A stretch of DNA of 64,000 nt from Azolla caroliniana (Eukaryota; Plantae; Polypodiophyta). Below the pieces are notes generated by a model that saw only the letters and a program-made list of their open reading frames with translations, ran no database searches and was not told the DNA's origin. Each line of letters starts with the position of its first letter. The first letter of the stretch is position 1. Where the stretch lies: assembly GCA_043228905.1 (NCBI GenBank), contig JBHGNT010000012.1:4092001-4156000 (forward strand), written 5' to 3'. This document shows positions 12,684 to 24,736 of this stretch, piece by piece. The position numbers were made by a program, and so were the translations under genes.

Positions 12684-15600
12684 TGTAGGGAATGAACAAG
12701 GCCATCAGTGCGGAAGAGATCACACAGTATGAATCTGTGAGGAAGAAATACCTGCGTATGAGAGAAGCAAGAACAATATACGCATACACAGAGAGAGAGA
12801 GAGAGGCACAAAGAATATATATATATTCATAAAAGGGCAATAGTTACAACAATGAACAACCAACCTTTACAAAAGGTTACAAAGTCACTTTATATAGTGA
12901 CTCACTTAGGGCAATTGCCCTTTATGTTATTTACAGAAATAGCCCGAACTTGGGCTCTCTAAGAGGATAGTGTGAATACGTCCATTATACATTTTGTATT
13001 CGACACTCCCCCATAATGGGCGTATACATGGGTTATCTAAAAAATACGGGTATAGGCATAGGTTCTCGGACAGGTCGGTTTTGTTCGAATCGGCATGATC
13101 TGTAGACAGAAGACCGAACTGGTCGAGTCGGAAAAGCTGAAGCCGATCGTCAGTGAACCGATGTCTGTTGTCTGAAACCGTCCTGCACTATGTCCGGCTT
13201 CAACCGGACCGATATGTTGTTACGCCCATCTGTTGCTGAAGAGACCGGAACCGGTCTGCCGAAAGACACTTGGTCATTCCATCTGCGACATTATCGGTTG
13301 TGGATATCTTCTCTAAACCGATTTTCCCGGAAATGACGCAGTCCCGAACAAAGTGATATCGAACTTCGATATGCTTGGAGGCGTTGTGATGAACCAGATT
13401 TTTGGACAAAGCAATAGCACTCTGACTGTCGCTGTAGACAACTAGAGCCGAGTCGGTGTCGACTTGCCGAAACGTGTGCGCCAGCCAACCGAGCCATAAA
13501 GCTTCTTTCGCTGCGTCGGAGGCAGCTACATATTCTGCTTCGGTCGTTGAGGTGGTTGTGCACTCTTGAAGTTTCGACTTCCACGAGATTGCTCCATTGC
13601 CGAATTTAAAGCAATATCCGGTTGTTGACTTGCGACTGTCCACGCAGCCGGCGAAGTCCGAGTCGGTGTAACCAACTACGCCTGAAGTTGAGTTCGGACT
13701 GAAAAGGATGCCGTGGTCTTTTGTGCCAGCTAAATATCTGAACACATGCTTGACTGCGTTCCAGTGCGATCGGTCGGGATTGTGCATAAATCTGCTGATG
13801 ACTCCTATGGCGTGAGAAATATCGGGTCGTGTCGCGACCATCGCGTACATCAAAGAGCCTATTGCCGGTGCATACGGTACCGACTTCATATTTTCCCCCT
13901 CCGGACCGGATGTTGGGCAGTCTCGCTGAGAAAGCCGAAGATGAATGGGGAGCGGGGTCGAAGCAAACTTGGCCGATTGCATGTTGAGGCGTTCCAAGAC
14001 ACGTCCAATGTAGTCGGTTTGAGACAGAAAAAGCTGTCTTTTGGCACGATTCCGACTAATCTTCATTCCAAGTATGTGTCTTGCCAGACCGAGGTCCTTC
14101 ATGGCAAACTTCAATCGCAGTTTCCGAACGAGTTCAGTGAGCTCTCCGGTATGCCGACCGGAGAGTAGCATGTCGTCCACGTAGATGATGAGGAAGACGG
14201 GAGAACCGTCTTGAGCTGTTTTGGTGAAGAGACAGTGGTCCTCATCGCTCTTGGAGAAGCCGACCGACTGGATGAAATCGTTGAACTTCGTGTACCACTG
14301 TCGGGGTGCCTGTTTCAGGCCATAAAGACTCTTCCTGAGTCGGCAGACTAGATGTTCCTGACCGGTGGCCACAAAGCCTTTCGGCTGCTCCATGTAGATT
14401 TCCTCCTTTAGATCACCGTGGAGGAATGTCGTTTTCACATCTAGCTGAATCAGCTCCAAATTGTCGACAGCCACAACACCGAGCATGAAACGAAGGGTTG
14501 TCATTTTCACCACTGGTGAAAAGATTTCGTCGAAATCAACGCCATATTCCTGTCGAAATCACTTCGCAACTAATTTGGCCTTGTACTTTGGGGTGGTCGA
14601 GTCAGATGTCTCCTTTAGTCTATAGACCCACTTGCAAGGAAGAGCACGTCGATTCTTCGGTAAGTCGACCAGATCCCAAGTCTTGTTGGCGCGGATGGAG
14701 TGCATTTCCGACTCCATTGCCAGATGCCAGGTGGCTGAATCGGCAGCTGCCGATGCTTCTTCGTAGGACGTCGGTTCGTCGACGTTGGTTCGTCGGCGTC
14801 GGTGAAGAAAATTCTGGGAGAGTACCTCTCCGGAGGTTGCGACAGTCTCTTGGATCTTCGAGGTATGACTGGACTGGTCGCACCGGGTGTTGATGTCGGA
14901 TGGTCGGAAGCCGAGCCATTCGGTTGTGCCGAATCTGTGGATTCGGTGCGAGAGAAGTCGGTTACCCGTGAAACCGATCTCATGTTGTGTGTTGGGCCGT
15001 CATGAAGGGTTGGCACTTCAGAAAATATTACCCTTCGGACTTCAATAGGCCTTTCGGCCGTTTTGTGCATGGTCGACTCGTTGAACACGACGTCCGAACT
15101 TCGGACGATTTGCCTGTGCTCGGGGTCCCACAGTCGGTATCTGATCTCGCCCTCAGGTCCATACCCGAGGAAAACGTATTTCCTTGATCTCGGTTCGAGT
15201 TTTCGGCGGTTGTCTTTCGGTATGAGGGCGTATGCCTCGCAACCAAAAATCCTCAGCTTGTCATAATTCGGCTTTCTGCCGGTCCATATTTCCTGAGGTA
15301 TCTTAAGTCCTAGAGGTCTACTTGGCGACATATTGATTATGTGTACTGCCGTGAGTAGAGCCTCTGCCCAGAAGCCATCCGACAATCCGGAGTGTTGGAG
15401 CATGGATACAACGCGTTCTTGAATCGTCTGATTCATGTGTTCTGCGATTCCGTTCTGCTCCGGACTATATGGTGCCGTATATTCACGTCTAATGCCGCGT
15501 TCTTGGCAAAATTTGACGAATTCATCATATTTGAACTCACCTCCATTGTCGGTTCGGAGACACTTCAGTTTCCGACCGGTCTGGTTTTCGACCATTGCGA

Positions 15601-18259
15601 GCCAATCTGAGAAGATCGAGAACACCCGATCTTTGGTTCTGATGGGGTAAGCCCACACCTTTCAGGTCGAGTCGTCAATGAAACTGACGAAGTACGAGGC
15701 ACCACCGAGTGACTGATGTGGCATCGGGCCATAGACGTCCGAGTGGACCAAATCGAACGGGCTCGACTCTCTTGGTGCTGATGTTGGGTGTGATGAGGCT
15801 ACCTATTTGCCGTACTGGCAATGCTCGCAAAACTTATGGTCCGAGAAGGAGAGTTTCGGGATGTATCCGGCTCTGGATAGGTGCGTGATGCCGGCCTTGC
15901 TGAGGTGTCCAAGTCGTCCATGCCATAAGGATGACACAGGGATATCTACCAGAAATAAGTCACCCTCTCTAAGTGTGACATACAAAGGGTACAATGAGTG
16001 TACCTTTGGTCCTCTAGCAAGCAGGAGGTTCCCTCTTTGGAGTGTCCACCCTCCTGATGAGAAACCAGCACAGATGCCAGCTTCATCAAGTTGTCTGATT
16101 GAGATCAAGGGTCGTGAGAGCTCAGGAACGTGTCGGACGTTGTGTAGTACGAGTGTAGAGCCACCCGGAAGGTTGAGCTCTACGGTGCCGATTCCGATGA
16201 TAGCACAGTGCTGCGAATTTCCGACTCGAACTGAGTCGGAGTGCCGGTCCGAATATTACCGAAACTGTGATCGGTGAGGTGTCACGTGATACGATGCGCT
16301 CGAGTCCAGAAGCCATGTGCTCGATTCCTCAATCGTGAGCAGAACTTCTGATTCGACTGGATTCTCTATGGACAATATGTTCGGGTCGGTCGTCAATATC
16401 TCGGCTGAAGAGCCGACGTAGTTGACTTCCTCATGCTGGTTACTCCTCTAATCAGCTCTCTGAGCTTTGTCTGTCTTTGAGTTGAGTGCCCGACAGTCGG
16501 CCTTGATGTGTCCCGGTTTCTTGCAATAGTTGCAGATTCGGGTTTCCCGGGACTTGCTGCGGCTTCGCTGATTTGTCGGCGGTCGGGAAGAACTTCTTCC
16601 CCGGTTGTTCGATCGGTCGGTCGAACCTTGTACTACATAGGCTTCTTCTGCCGAGTCTTTGGTGAAAGACTTTCTCCGAGCTGCTTCAGTCGGGATTGCA
16701 CTTGTGACTTCGGAGTACTTGATGGCAGTCGTAGAAGCATTGCACACAGTTGTAACGAAGGTTTCCCAAGAGGAGGGGAGACTGCTCATGAGTATGATTG
16801 CTCTGAGTTCATCCTCGATTGTCGTCCCCTATGACGAGATTTGGGAGCTCAAACTTTCGTACTCGTTAAGGTGTGCCTAAACCGAATCGGAGTCTTTCAT
16901 CCACAAGTTGTAGAGGCGCCGGATCAAATACATCTTCGTTGAGGCGACCTTCTTTTCGTAGGTTTCCGACAGCTTCTTCCAAAGTTCGAAGGCTGTCGTG
17001 CACAATTGCACTATGAAGTACACTGACTCCGACAGGTGCATCCGAATCGTGGCGCGGACGATTCTGTCTAGCTTCTGCCACTCATTTGCCTTGTATATTT
17101 CTGGAGCAGTTTCATTCTCAATCGGATCGATCTGACCCTTGACTATAAGATAGTCCTGCATTTGCTCCTTCCAAAAATTGAAGTTCGAACCGTCAAACCT
17201 CCTTAGACTCATTTCCGATGAGCCGGATGTTGATGCCATCAAATTCGGTTTTGGTTGACGAAGCTCGGTTCGGAATTGACTACGAACTTTGTTGGAGTGC
17301 AGCCGGTCGGCTCACCCGATATCGTTCTAGTCGGATTTGAACCCGAGTCGGTTCGGTTTTGGATATATGTATTATTGAACTTGCTCGAATTGACTCCGGT
17401 AACTTGAGGGACAGAACCAACTGGTCTTCCCGAATGTTAACGAGTCAAAGTGAGCCTGGTTCGCTTCCGAATATATATGCCAAATACCGATTGTCTGGAC
17501 TAATTCTGCTTCGGGTGACTGCAGCGACGAGAGAGACGGATCCAATTGATCCTCCCGAATGTCGATCAGCCGAATGAAGTACGAATTAGGGTTGTTGTCT
17601 TGAAACCGATCTGCACCGAGTGGTTACAACGGGTGGCGAGCAGCATTCGGTGACCTGTTCGAATGTCGTTTAACCGAGTGGAGCACGATCGTGTCAATGT
17701 TGCACAAGGGGATTTCACCTCGAGCAGTTACGATCACGAGGAACAGAGTACAGCCAGCTGGCTTTCTCCAAGCGAAGATGATCTAACGCGATGAGATGCA
17801 AGCCTCGTTTTTCTTCTTCTTCTCTCTTCTCTGTTTCTTCAAATACAAAACAGAAAAAAAAACAGAATGTTGTGATCCAAAGATTCAAATGGTGGCCGGC
17901 AACGGGATGAATCCTCGCTCTAATACCAAATGTAGGGAATGAACAAGGCCGTCAGTGCGGAAGAGATCACACAGTATGAATCTGTGAGGAAGAAATACCT
18001 GCGTATGAGAGAAGTAAGAACAATATACGCATACACAGAGAGAGAGAGAGAGAGAGAGAGGCACAAAGAATATATATATATTCATTAAAGGGCAACAGTT
18101 ACAACAATGAACAACCAACCTTTACAAAAGGTTACAAAGTCACTTTATATAGTGACTCACTTAGGGCAATTGCCCTTTATGTTATTTACAGAAATAGTCC
18201 GAACTTGGGCTCTCTAAGAGGATAGTGTGAATACGTCCATTATACATTTGTATTCGACA
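12684..18259 (-). mobile_element. Full-length Ty1/Copia LTR retrotransposon (Tnt1/Tork/TAR-like), degenerate
   Basis: LTRs 12684-13005 and 17931-18259; 5-bp TSD CCGGG; tRNA-iMet PBS (reverse of GCTCTAATACCA, 17917-17928); PPT (reverse of CTCCCCC, 13006-13012). Confidence 0.95.
13200..17242 (-). pseudogene. Copia gag-pol polyprotein with several frameshifts/stops
   Basis: gag FDGSNFNFWK and CNYCKKPGHIKADC; GAG-pre-integrase WHGRLGH; integrase LRTDNGGEF...EQNGIAE; RT LYGLKQAPRQW, YVDD; RNaseH YTDSDFAG...SKHIEVRYHFVRD. Confidence 0.93.
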
Positions 18260-18264
18260 CCGGG

Positions 18265-18746
18265 GACGACGCGGCTTCGACTAGTGGGTGGCATCGGCGA
18301 AGACCCATTGGGGCGCAACGAAGGCATTCCAAGAGTTAGAGCAACGGCTTGCTCGGCTCCCGGAGCGGGAACCAGGTTTGGTGGGGGCGGACAAAGTCTT
18401 GTTGTTCGTTAAGTCGATCGACCGAGCGGAATGGGAGGCCATCGGGATTGAGCTCGAAGACAATGACGGAGCGAATGGCCTTACGGAGGACTGGTCAAAG
18501 GTCGGAAGGGTATGCCAACGGCTAGATGACGATCGGGCCGAGAAGGCTAGGAGGATGCCGCGCGACGGTGTGCCATCACAGTGGGAAGAGGTCGAACGGC
18601 AAAGAGAGTCCACAAGGCTCGACTTCAGGGCCAGGATTGCGGAGGCGTACGCAGCTCTCGAGGCAATGATTGAGGAAGAGGAAAGATCGAGGCCGCAAGC
18701 CAACACCGAGGAGACGAACTTGCCCCACGAGATGGCAGAAGATTGA
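18265..18746 (+). pseudogene. gag: gag of gag-only element (second part)
   Basis: DKVLLFVKSIDRAEWEAIGIELEDNDGANGLTEDW aligns with outer gag DKTLYFLKAVDMKDRQELGTLLEDDTQANGLVANW. Confidence 0.75.
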
Positions 18747-19716
18747 TACGACGGTGCCACGGGAGAGGGTGCGGAACAAAACGCCCTCTCGACTTGCGGA
18801 GATAGAACGGCCGAGGACGAGGCCGAATTACCGATCGCAGAATCGAAACATTGGGACCGGCGGTTTCGGGCACATCAGTCCGAAACTCCGGACATTGGAG
18901 AAGAAAGCCTAGGCGGGGCTTGCACGATCGGTAAGAAGACGACCACCGACCACGAGGAGCCGGTGGCTACGGACAAGGGCGTAAAACGGACGGGCAATTC
19001 TTCACGTCTTCCCACACTTTCTCCCGAGACGATGGCAGTCAGGCCCGAGTGCCCACGTGAGTCCCAAGAGGAGGAAGGCGACGGCGGGAGACCGAGATTT
19101 ACCAGCGAGACGATTCGGGGAAAGAGTAAACAAGAGCCCTCGGGACCAATTCTAGAGAACTCGGCATTCGGGACCTTACGCCCATGTGAGACCGAGGAGA
19201 TGGATGACAGTATCGAGGAATCCTGGCACGATGCCAGTGAAGATGGATGGGAAATGGCTATCGAGAAGGTCGACGAAGAGACCAAGAAACAACCCGACCG
19301 AGGACCGAACCGCGCGGCGCTCCGATTTGGGTGGAGCGCGATCCGGTCGTGGATTGTTCGATCGGGGCCAGAATCGGCATGAGGGTGCTGATACGGGAGA
19401 GGGTGTAGAACGAGCCGCCCTCTTTTACATGGGGAGAAAGACTGATCGGGCGAAGGTCGGGAATCAAAAGGAAGGTGATCAAGGGTTCGGAACGTGTCCG
19501 GCAGGATCGGCATCGGAGCCGAAAATCCGAACATTGGAGAATCAAGCCCAGGCGGGGCTTGATTGATCACAGAGCGGATGCTATCCACCGGCACCACTAA
19601 AAGGGTCGGTGGCCCCGGAGGAGTCGTCGCGAGCCGTTACGAAATCGGTGTCCCCACATCTTGATCGGAGACTTCGGCAGTTTGAGCCAACATGGCAACG
19701 TGAGACCGAAAGAGAT

Positions 19717-20601
19717 AGATAGATAGATAGATAGATTATATTATTGTCTTCGGAGATCAAATATGACCTATGAGACCAAAAATATTACATTTCAGGTGAT
19801 ACGTGTGAAAGTGAGTAGTGACTCTCGATGTTCAAGAACTTTACCAATGAATGTTGCAATCGAGAGTGCACATTGTGGTTGTGAGAGGAATTCATGCAAA
19901 GATTGGGCTCGATCGAAGAGATGTGGAAAGCATGGTCGAATATTATCAAAGGCAGAGCATTGTATCAAAGTGTGATACTCAGACTCGCGAACTTGTTTAG
20001 GGCAAAGTGTGCATAGCCGACCACTCTCATCACTTGTACCCCAACGCCCTGTTTCACATCGCAATGCATGTGAGCTAAGTCGCATGGAAGCAATGGTTCG
20101 AATGGCAGATAACGGTATGGGCTCTAACATGTATGGATGTGTACGATTTCCCCGTTCCGCAAAGAATATGGTTTTGTAGTTAGGTGCAACATGTGTAGTA
20201 TAATGTGTGAAGCGTGAGCCTCCACATTTGTCCCATGTCATGATACATTGGCGTTGCAAAAATGCCTCATTTACAGAGGAATCTAATGATGCATCATGAA
20301 GCAAGTGTCTCGCATCCCATCTACCAAACCATTTTTCTATATCTTGCATCCAACCGGAACACAAAATTTTGCTTTTATGCGTCTTTTGGATCTTTTTGCT
20401 TGCTTCCCACGCAATTCTAGGAAGTCGATGTGAGGGACTTTTTTGAACCTTAAGCATGTATTCAACAACCCTTTCCATGGCCATGATCTCAATGGGAAGC
20501 GATCCCGTCTCAAGGAGGAGCAGGGTGTAGGGCGTTTGTTTCTTAACTTGTAGAAACTTGGTAAGAAAATGCTTTTGGACATTTTCAAACTCTTTCCACA
20601 C
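19717..20601 (-). mobile_element. 5'-truncated RTE/RTE-X-like LINE with (TATC)n tail
   Basis: ORF 19792-20691(-) has MRLSSHALRCETGRW...RLCTLC..ESEYHTLIQC; (ATAG)n tail at ~19717-19736; AGAGAT duplicated at 19711-19716 and 20602-20607. Confidence 0.85.
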
Positions 20602-22670
20602 AGAGATGGAAGATGGAGGCGGGAACGCAGCATGGAGAGTGACGACGAATCCGGTAGAAGTACAAGGGACGAAGCGGAGAACGAAGACCAATCCTATGGA
20701 TCACCTCACACCGGGTTACAGACACTCCGGCAGCTGGCAACGAGGTCCGGCGTGAGACCTAGAGTGAAGAATGGTGGCAGCGGGAAAACGAAACCCGGCA
20801 ATGCGGAGTGACGGACAGACCCGGACGAGAACTGGGCGGAGTGGACTTCCGGATAGCCGATCCAGAAGGGAGGAGAAAGCGGACCTACGGAGAGGCCGAG
20901 AATGCGGTACGTCGGTACCACGAGAAAGGGTGCGGAGCGAGCCACCCTTGAGCCTGAGGAGGATCCTTCACACCGGTTCTAGAGACTCCGGTAGTCAGCC
21001 CGAGAGCCGGCGTGAGACCTGGAGTGACGAACGGTGGCAGCGAGGGGACAAAGGCAAAGAAAACGCAGGATAGGTGGTCTACGGAGATCCTCACACCGAT
21101 CGGCGGTTGGCCCAAGTGCCGGCGTGAGTCCTATAAGAAGGGACGGTGGCGATAGGTGAACGTGATCGGATGATGAAGGCAGAGCGGGCCGCGACCTTAC
21201 ACACACCGGTTCTAGAGACTCCGACGGTCAGCCCGAGAGCCCACGTGAGATCTAGAGGGAAGAACGGTGGCGGCGGCAAGGCGGGCAACCGAGGCAGCAG
21301 AAGGGGGGGTCCCACGAAGATCCTCACACCGATCCGACGGTCGGCCCAAGTGCCAGCGTGAGTCCTATAGGAAGGGATGGTGGCAGCAGGTAAACGTGAT
21401 CAGACGACGGAAAGCAAAGCGAAAGGAGGTATGAGGGCAGCGAGGCGGCCACGAACCGGATACGGAACCGACCGGCAGAATCAGCAGGACAAAGATTGAA
21501 CACGCTTGGTACGAGAGTCAATGACCCAACAAAACGGAGGCCGGAGAAGGATCCTTCACACTTGCCCGGAGACCCAAGTTGTTCGGCCGACATGGCAACG
21601 TGAGAATAAGGGTAATGGAAGGTGGCGGCAAGGGGACGATGGCGGCGACAGCAGAGGCACCAACCAACCAAGGCGTTACGTGAAAGAAGGAGGCCATACG
21701 GGCCAGGACGCGGCAAGGGTGATCTTCCGGTGAGCTACCGAGGGACACCCGGTTAAGGAGCGGTGTGTCGAGCCAGAAAGGGCACACCCGAAAGCGAAAC
21801 AGAAGACGTGCGTGTGGCCATCGAGGGCCAAAGCAAAGCACGGGTACGAGACAGTGTTCGGTACAGACGGTGCTGGACAAGGAGGGCGAAAGACAGCACA
21901 TGGCGGTGTCAGGAACAAAAACACCTACGCGCATAAACGGACTATGCGGGATGAAGACCGGAAACAAGATCGAGGTCCAAAGGAGGATCCTCCACACCCG
22001 CTTCAAAGATCTCGATGGCTCAGTCAGAGTGGCAACGACTGGCGTGGCATGCCAAACCCGAGATAACAAGCTGGTGGGGGCGAGGGGACGACGGCAATCG
22101 GAGGCTCCAAACCGGTGGTAGAAGCGCAAGACGAAAGTGGCCAAGCGGGCTACTACGGGGTGTTCCTCGGATGCGGAGGTCACCAGTATGTGGAGAAGCG
22201 GAGATGCATGATCTGGCCGGGCGAGGGCCGACGACATGTGCATAGGTCGAAACCGGGGTTCGGCACGGGCGGAGCCGGACACGGGAGGGGACCAAGGCGG
22301 TGGAGATCAGCACGGAACGAGAATCCGTACGACGCGGAGGTTGACAGAGGCCAAGCAGGCCATCGCGGGTGCTCCTCAGGCGAAGGACTCCGCGTATCCG
22401 AAGGAATGAGAGGCGTGCATGCAGTCAGGCGAAGGGCCAACGAGGAAGCACGAGCACTACGGGATCGCGGCGAATGACCAATCGACAAGTCGAAGAAGCC
22501 TATGGCAAGGCGAACGCAAAAGAGGAACCGGAGCCGACGGTTCGAAACGGCGAGGGCAACGTGGCAGCCGGAATGCGGATTACGGAAGACCGGTTCCTCA
22601 CTGGCCGGAATCTCTCACCCTTCTCCGAACTTGGCACGTACCGGTGGACGTGCGGTTTGGTGGGGGTGGA

Positions 22671-23138
22671 TGTCGTGAAGATTCCGGACCATAGTGAGAA
22701 ACCGGGGAAAATCGACAGAATCGGGGAAGTGCATCATGTGCACTCACCCTTGTGAAAACGTGTGAATAATAGCGGTTAAGTCGGGATAGAGGATCCCATG
22801 GAATAAGGGATTTATCCCACATTGTTACGCATCCCTCTCCTTGTTCTATAAAACGAAGGGAGCGCCCTTTGTAAAAGGGTTGCCCATTTTGTGTTAGTTC
22901 TTCTTCTTCTCACTTTAGAGTTCTTTGAGGTCTTTTCCTTCGTGTTTGTTTAGGGTTTTAGCCCGGTGAAGAGCTTGGATGTTCTGTGGGGGCTTACTTC
23001 TACTCGGCCTCTTGTGCAAGACCTTGCTTGGCGCGACGAGCCCAAGAGCTCCTCGACGGCGGCTTGGCGGCAGACTACTGTTGTGACCTAGCCTACCTTA
23101 GTCCGGCTCGAAGCCGGAGTTGTATCTTGCTCTTGTAC

Positions 23139-23185
<47 letters not shown>

Positions 23186-23455
23186 AGTTCTGTGCATTTG
23201 TGTCTTCGTCGATGTCTTTGGAGTTCCTTCTTTCTGGTTTCTGTACATAGGATGTGTGTGCATAGTTAGTGTTGCGAGCGCGCCCTTTTCCCTCTCTCAT
23301 ACGGTTGCTCCCTGTACGTATTCGGAAACGCTCTGGTTGGTGTCTTGGTCGGTCGCAGGAAGAAGTGAGGCTCGACCTTCCATACTCTGTCTCTCTCTCG
23401 TCCGAGACCCCCGTGGTCCCGCCCCTTCTACACGCACGCGCGTAACAACGCGACA
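22671..23455 (+). repeat. 3' LTR of gag-only element
   Basis: Direct repeat of 11484-12302, preceded by the PPT TTTGGTGGGGGTGGA. Confidence 0.92.
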
Positions 23456-23459
23456 CCGT

Positions 23460-23653
23460 ATGTGGTGACAAGTGCAAACGATAATGCCACATACCACCTT
23501 GCAGAGCTAAACGGATCAAGGTTGGCCACACCCATTGTGGGGAAAAGAGTAAAGATTTTCAAGAAAAGACAAGACGAGGATCCTGACCTCGATCACCTCG
23601 ACAATGAAGATAATAGGACGGATGTGAATGAGGACATGGAAGAATCTGATTGA
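23460..23653 (+). pseudogene. pol: Integrase C-terminus of outer Gypsy
   Basis: (GP)YVVTSANDNATYHLAELNG...KRVKIFKKR resumes the frame broken at 11483; no chromodomain follows. Confidence 0.85.
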
Positions 23654-23724
23654 TCACCGTAGCCGAAATCTCGCACTCTCTCTTCTTGGCACGTACCGGA
23701 GGAGTGCGGTTTGGTGGGGGTGGA

Positions 23725-24736
23725 TGTCATGAAGATTTTCTGCGATAGTGTGAAACTTGTGAGGAATATGTGAAATCGAGTGTGGTTATTCTCACGAAAT
23801 ATAAAACAATAATAGTGAAGATACTATTTTAAATAAGTTTAATATACAAAAAGATGGAGGTCTTAAAGAGCTTTTGAATGCACTTTGCTACATAACAAAC
23901 GGACATCTAAGTGTCAAGTTATGTGGGTATGAAGTTTGCAAAGAAAAAGAGAAAAATAAAAAAATTGTGAGATATCCCACATAGACAGGACAAATAAGTT
24001 TGCGACCGACCGGTGCCGGCAAACCCAGTTACTAGCATCTGGAGACCTCGGGATGCAGACCGAACCGGGTTGTAGACCGAACAGATGCAAATCGGACGGA
24101 TCGGTCAGGTCGGTTGATCGCGGTGCATGGTGTTTTAAAGATATTTGGTCCAAAAGCCTAATAGTATTTTGTGCTTTAAAAGGGATGTAAGCAAGACTTA
24201 AACCTTGCACCTCCAAGATAGAAAGCAATATACTTACCACTAAGCCAAGTCATTTCCTTAAAGTTATATTTTATTTTTTATTTTCATTATAGTTTTACTT
24301 GAAAATTCTCATATGAGAGCTTAAATGAGTGACATGGTTATCATGCATCACATGTAACGCATGAGCGCCAAATGGTAAACATGCATCATGCATTTTATGC
24401 ATGTCTTTTACCCCACATGCATCATATGCATGGGGGCATCTATAAAAGAGTGGATTAAAAAGAAAAAAAGGGGCGATGTATTAATCAAGAAATTAAAAGT
24501 AAGAAATTTGTTATCCAATTGATGTATCAATCTTGTTCTTCAAATCTAAAGTCAAGAGTTCAATCTTAATCTCTCTCAATCTAAAGTCAAGCGTTCTATC
24601 TTATCTCAATCTCTCTCTCTTTCAATCTATCTTAATTCCTTTCTCGCTAAAGCTAGTGCAAACTTCGAGTCCTTCTAGTCCAGAACCCCGGTGGTTCCGC
24701 CTCACGATCTGCATGTAGTGACGAATCTTCACGACA
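23725..24736 (+). repeat. 3' LTR of outer Gypsy element (1012 bp)
   Basis: Matches 4002-5911 minus two blocks; followed by TSD ACGT. Confidence 0.9.

Larger units (their letters stand above)
11484..23455 (+). mobile_element. Non-autonomous gag-only LTR retrotransposon (TR-GAG/LARD-like) nested in Gypsy integrase
   Basis: LTRs 11484-12302 and 22671-23455 (TGTCGTGAAGAT...CGCGACA); 4-bp TSD CCGT (11480-11483, 23456-23459); PBS 12307-12324; PPT before 22671; only gag-like coding sequence, no PR/RT/IN of its own. Confidence 0.9.
4002..24736 (+). mobile_element. Full-length degenerate Ty3/Gypsy LTR retrotransposon (non-chromovirus, Phygy/Selgy-like by inference), host of nested insertions
   Basis: LTRs 4002-5911 and 23725-24736 (TGTCATGAA...TCTTCACGACA); 4-bp TSD ACGT (3998-4001, 24737-24740); PBS 5920-5937; PPT ~23710-23724; domain order gag-PR-RT-RH-IN. 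Confidence 0.93.

Noticed and set aside
19792-20691. 299-aa ORF as a host gene
   Set aside because: LINE C-terminus; the first ~30 aa come from flanking LTR-element DNA beyond the truncation point.
20700-22755. Dense overlapping ORFs on both strands
   Set aside because: GC-rich internal region of the non-autonomous element; no recognisable domain in any frame.
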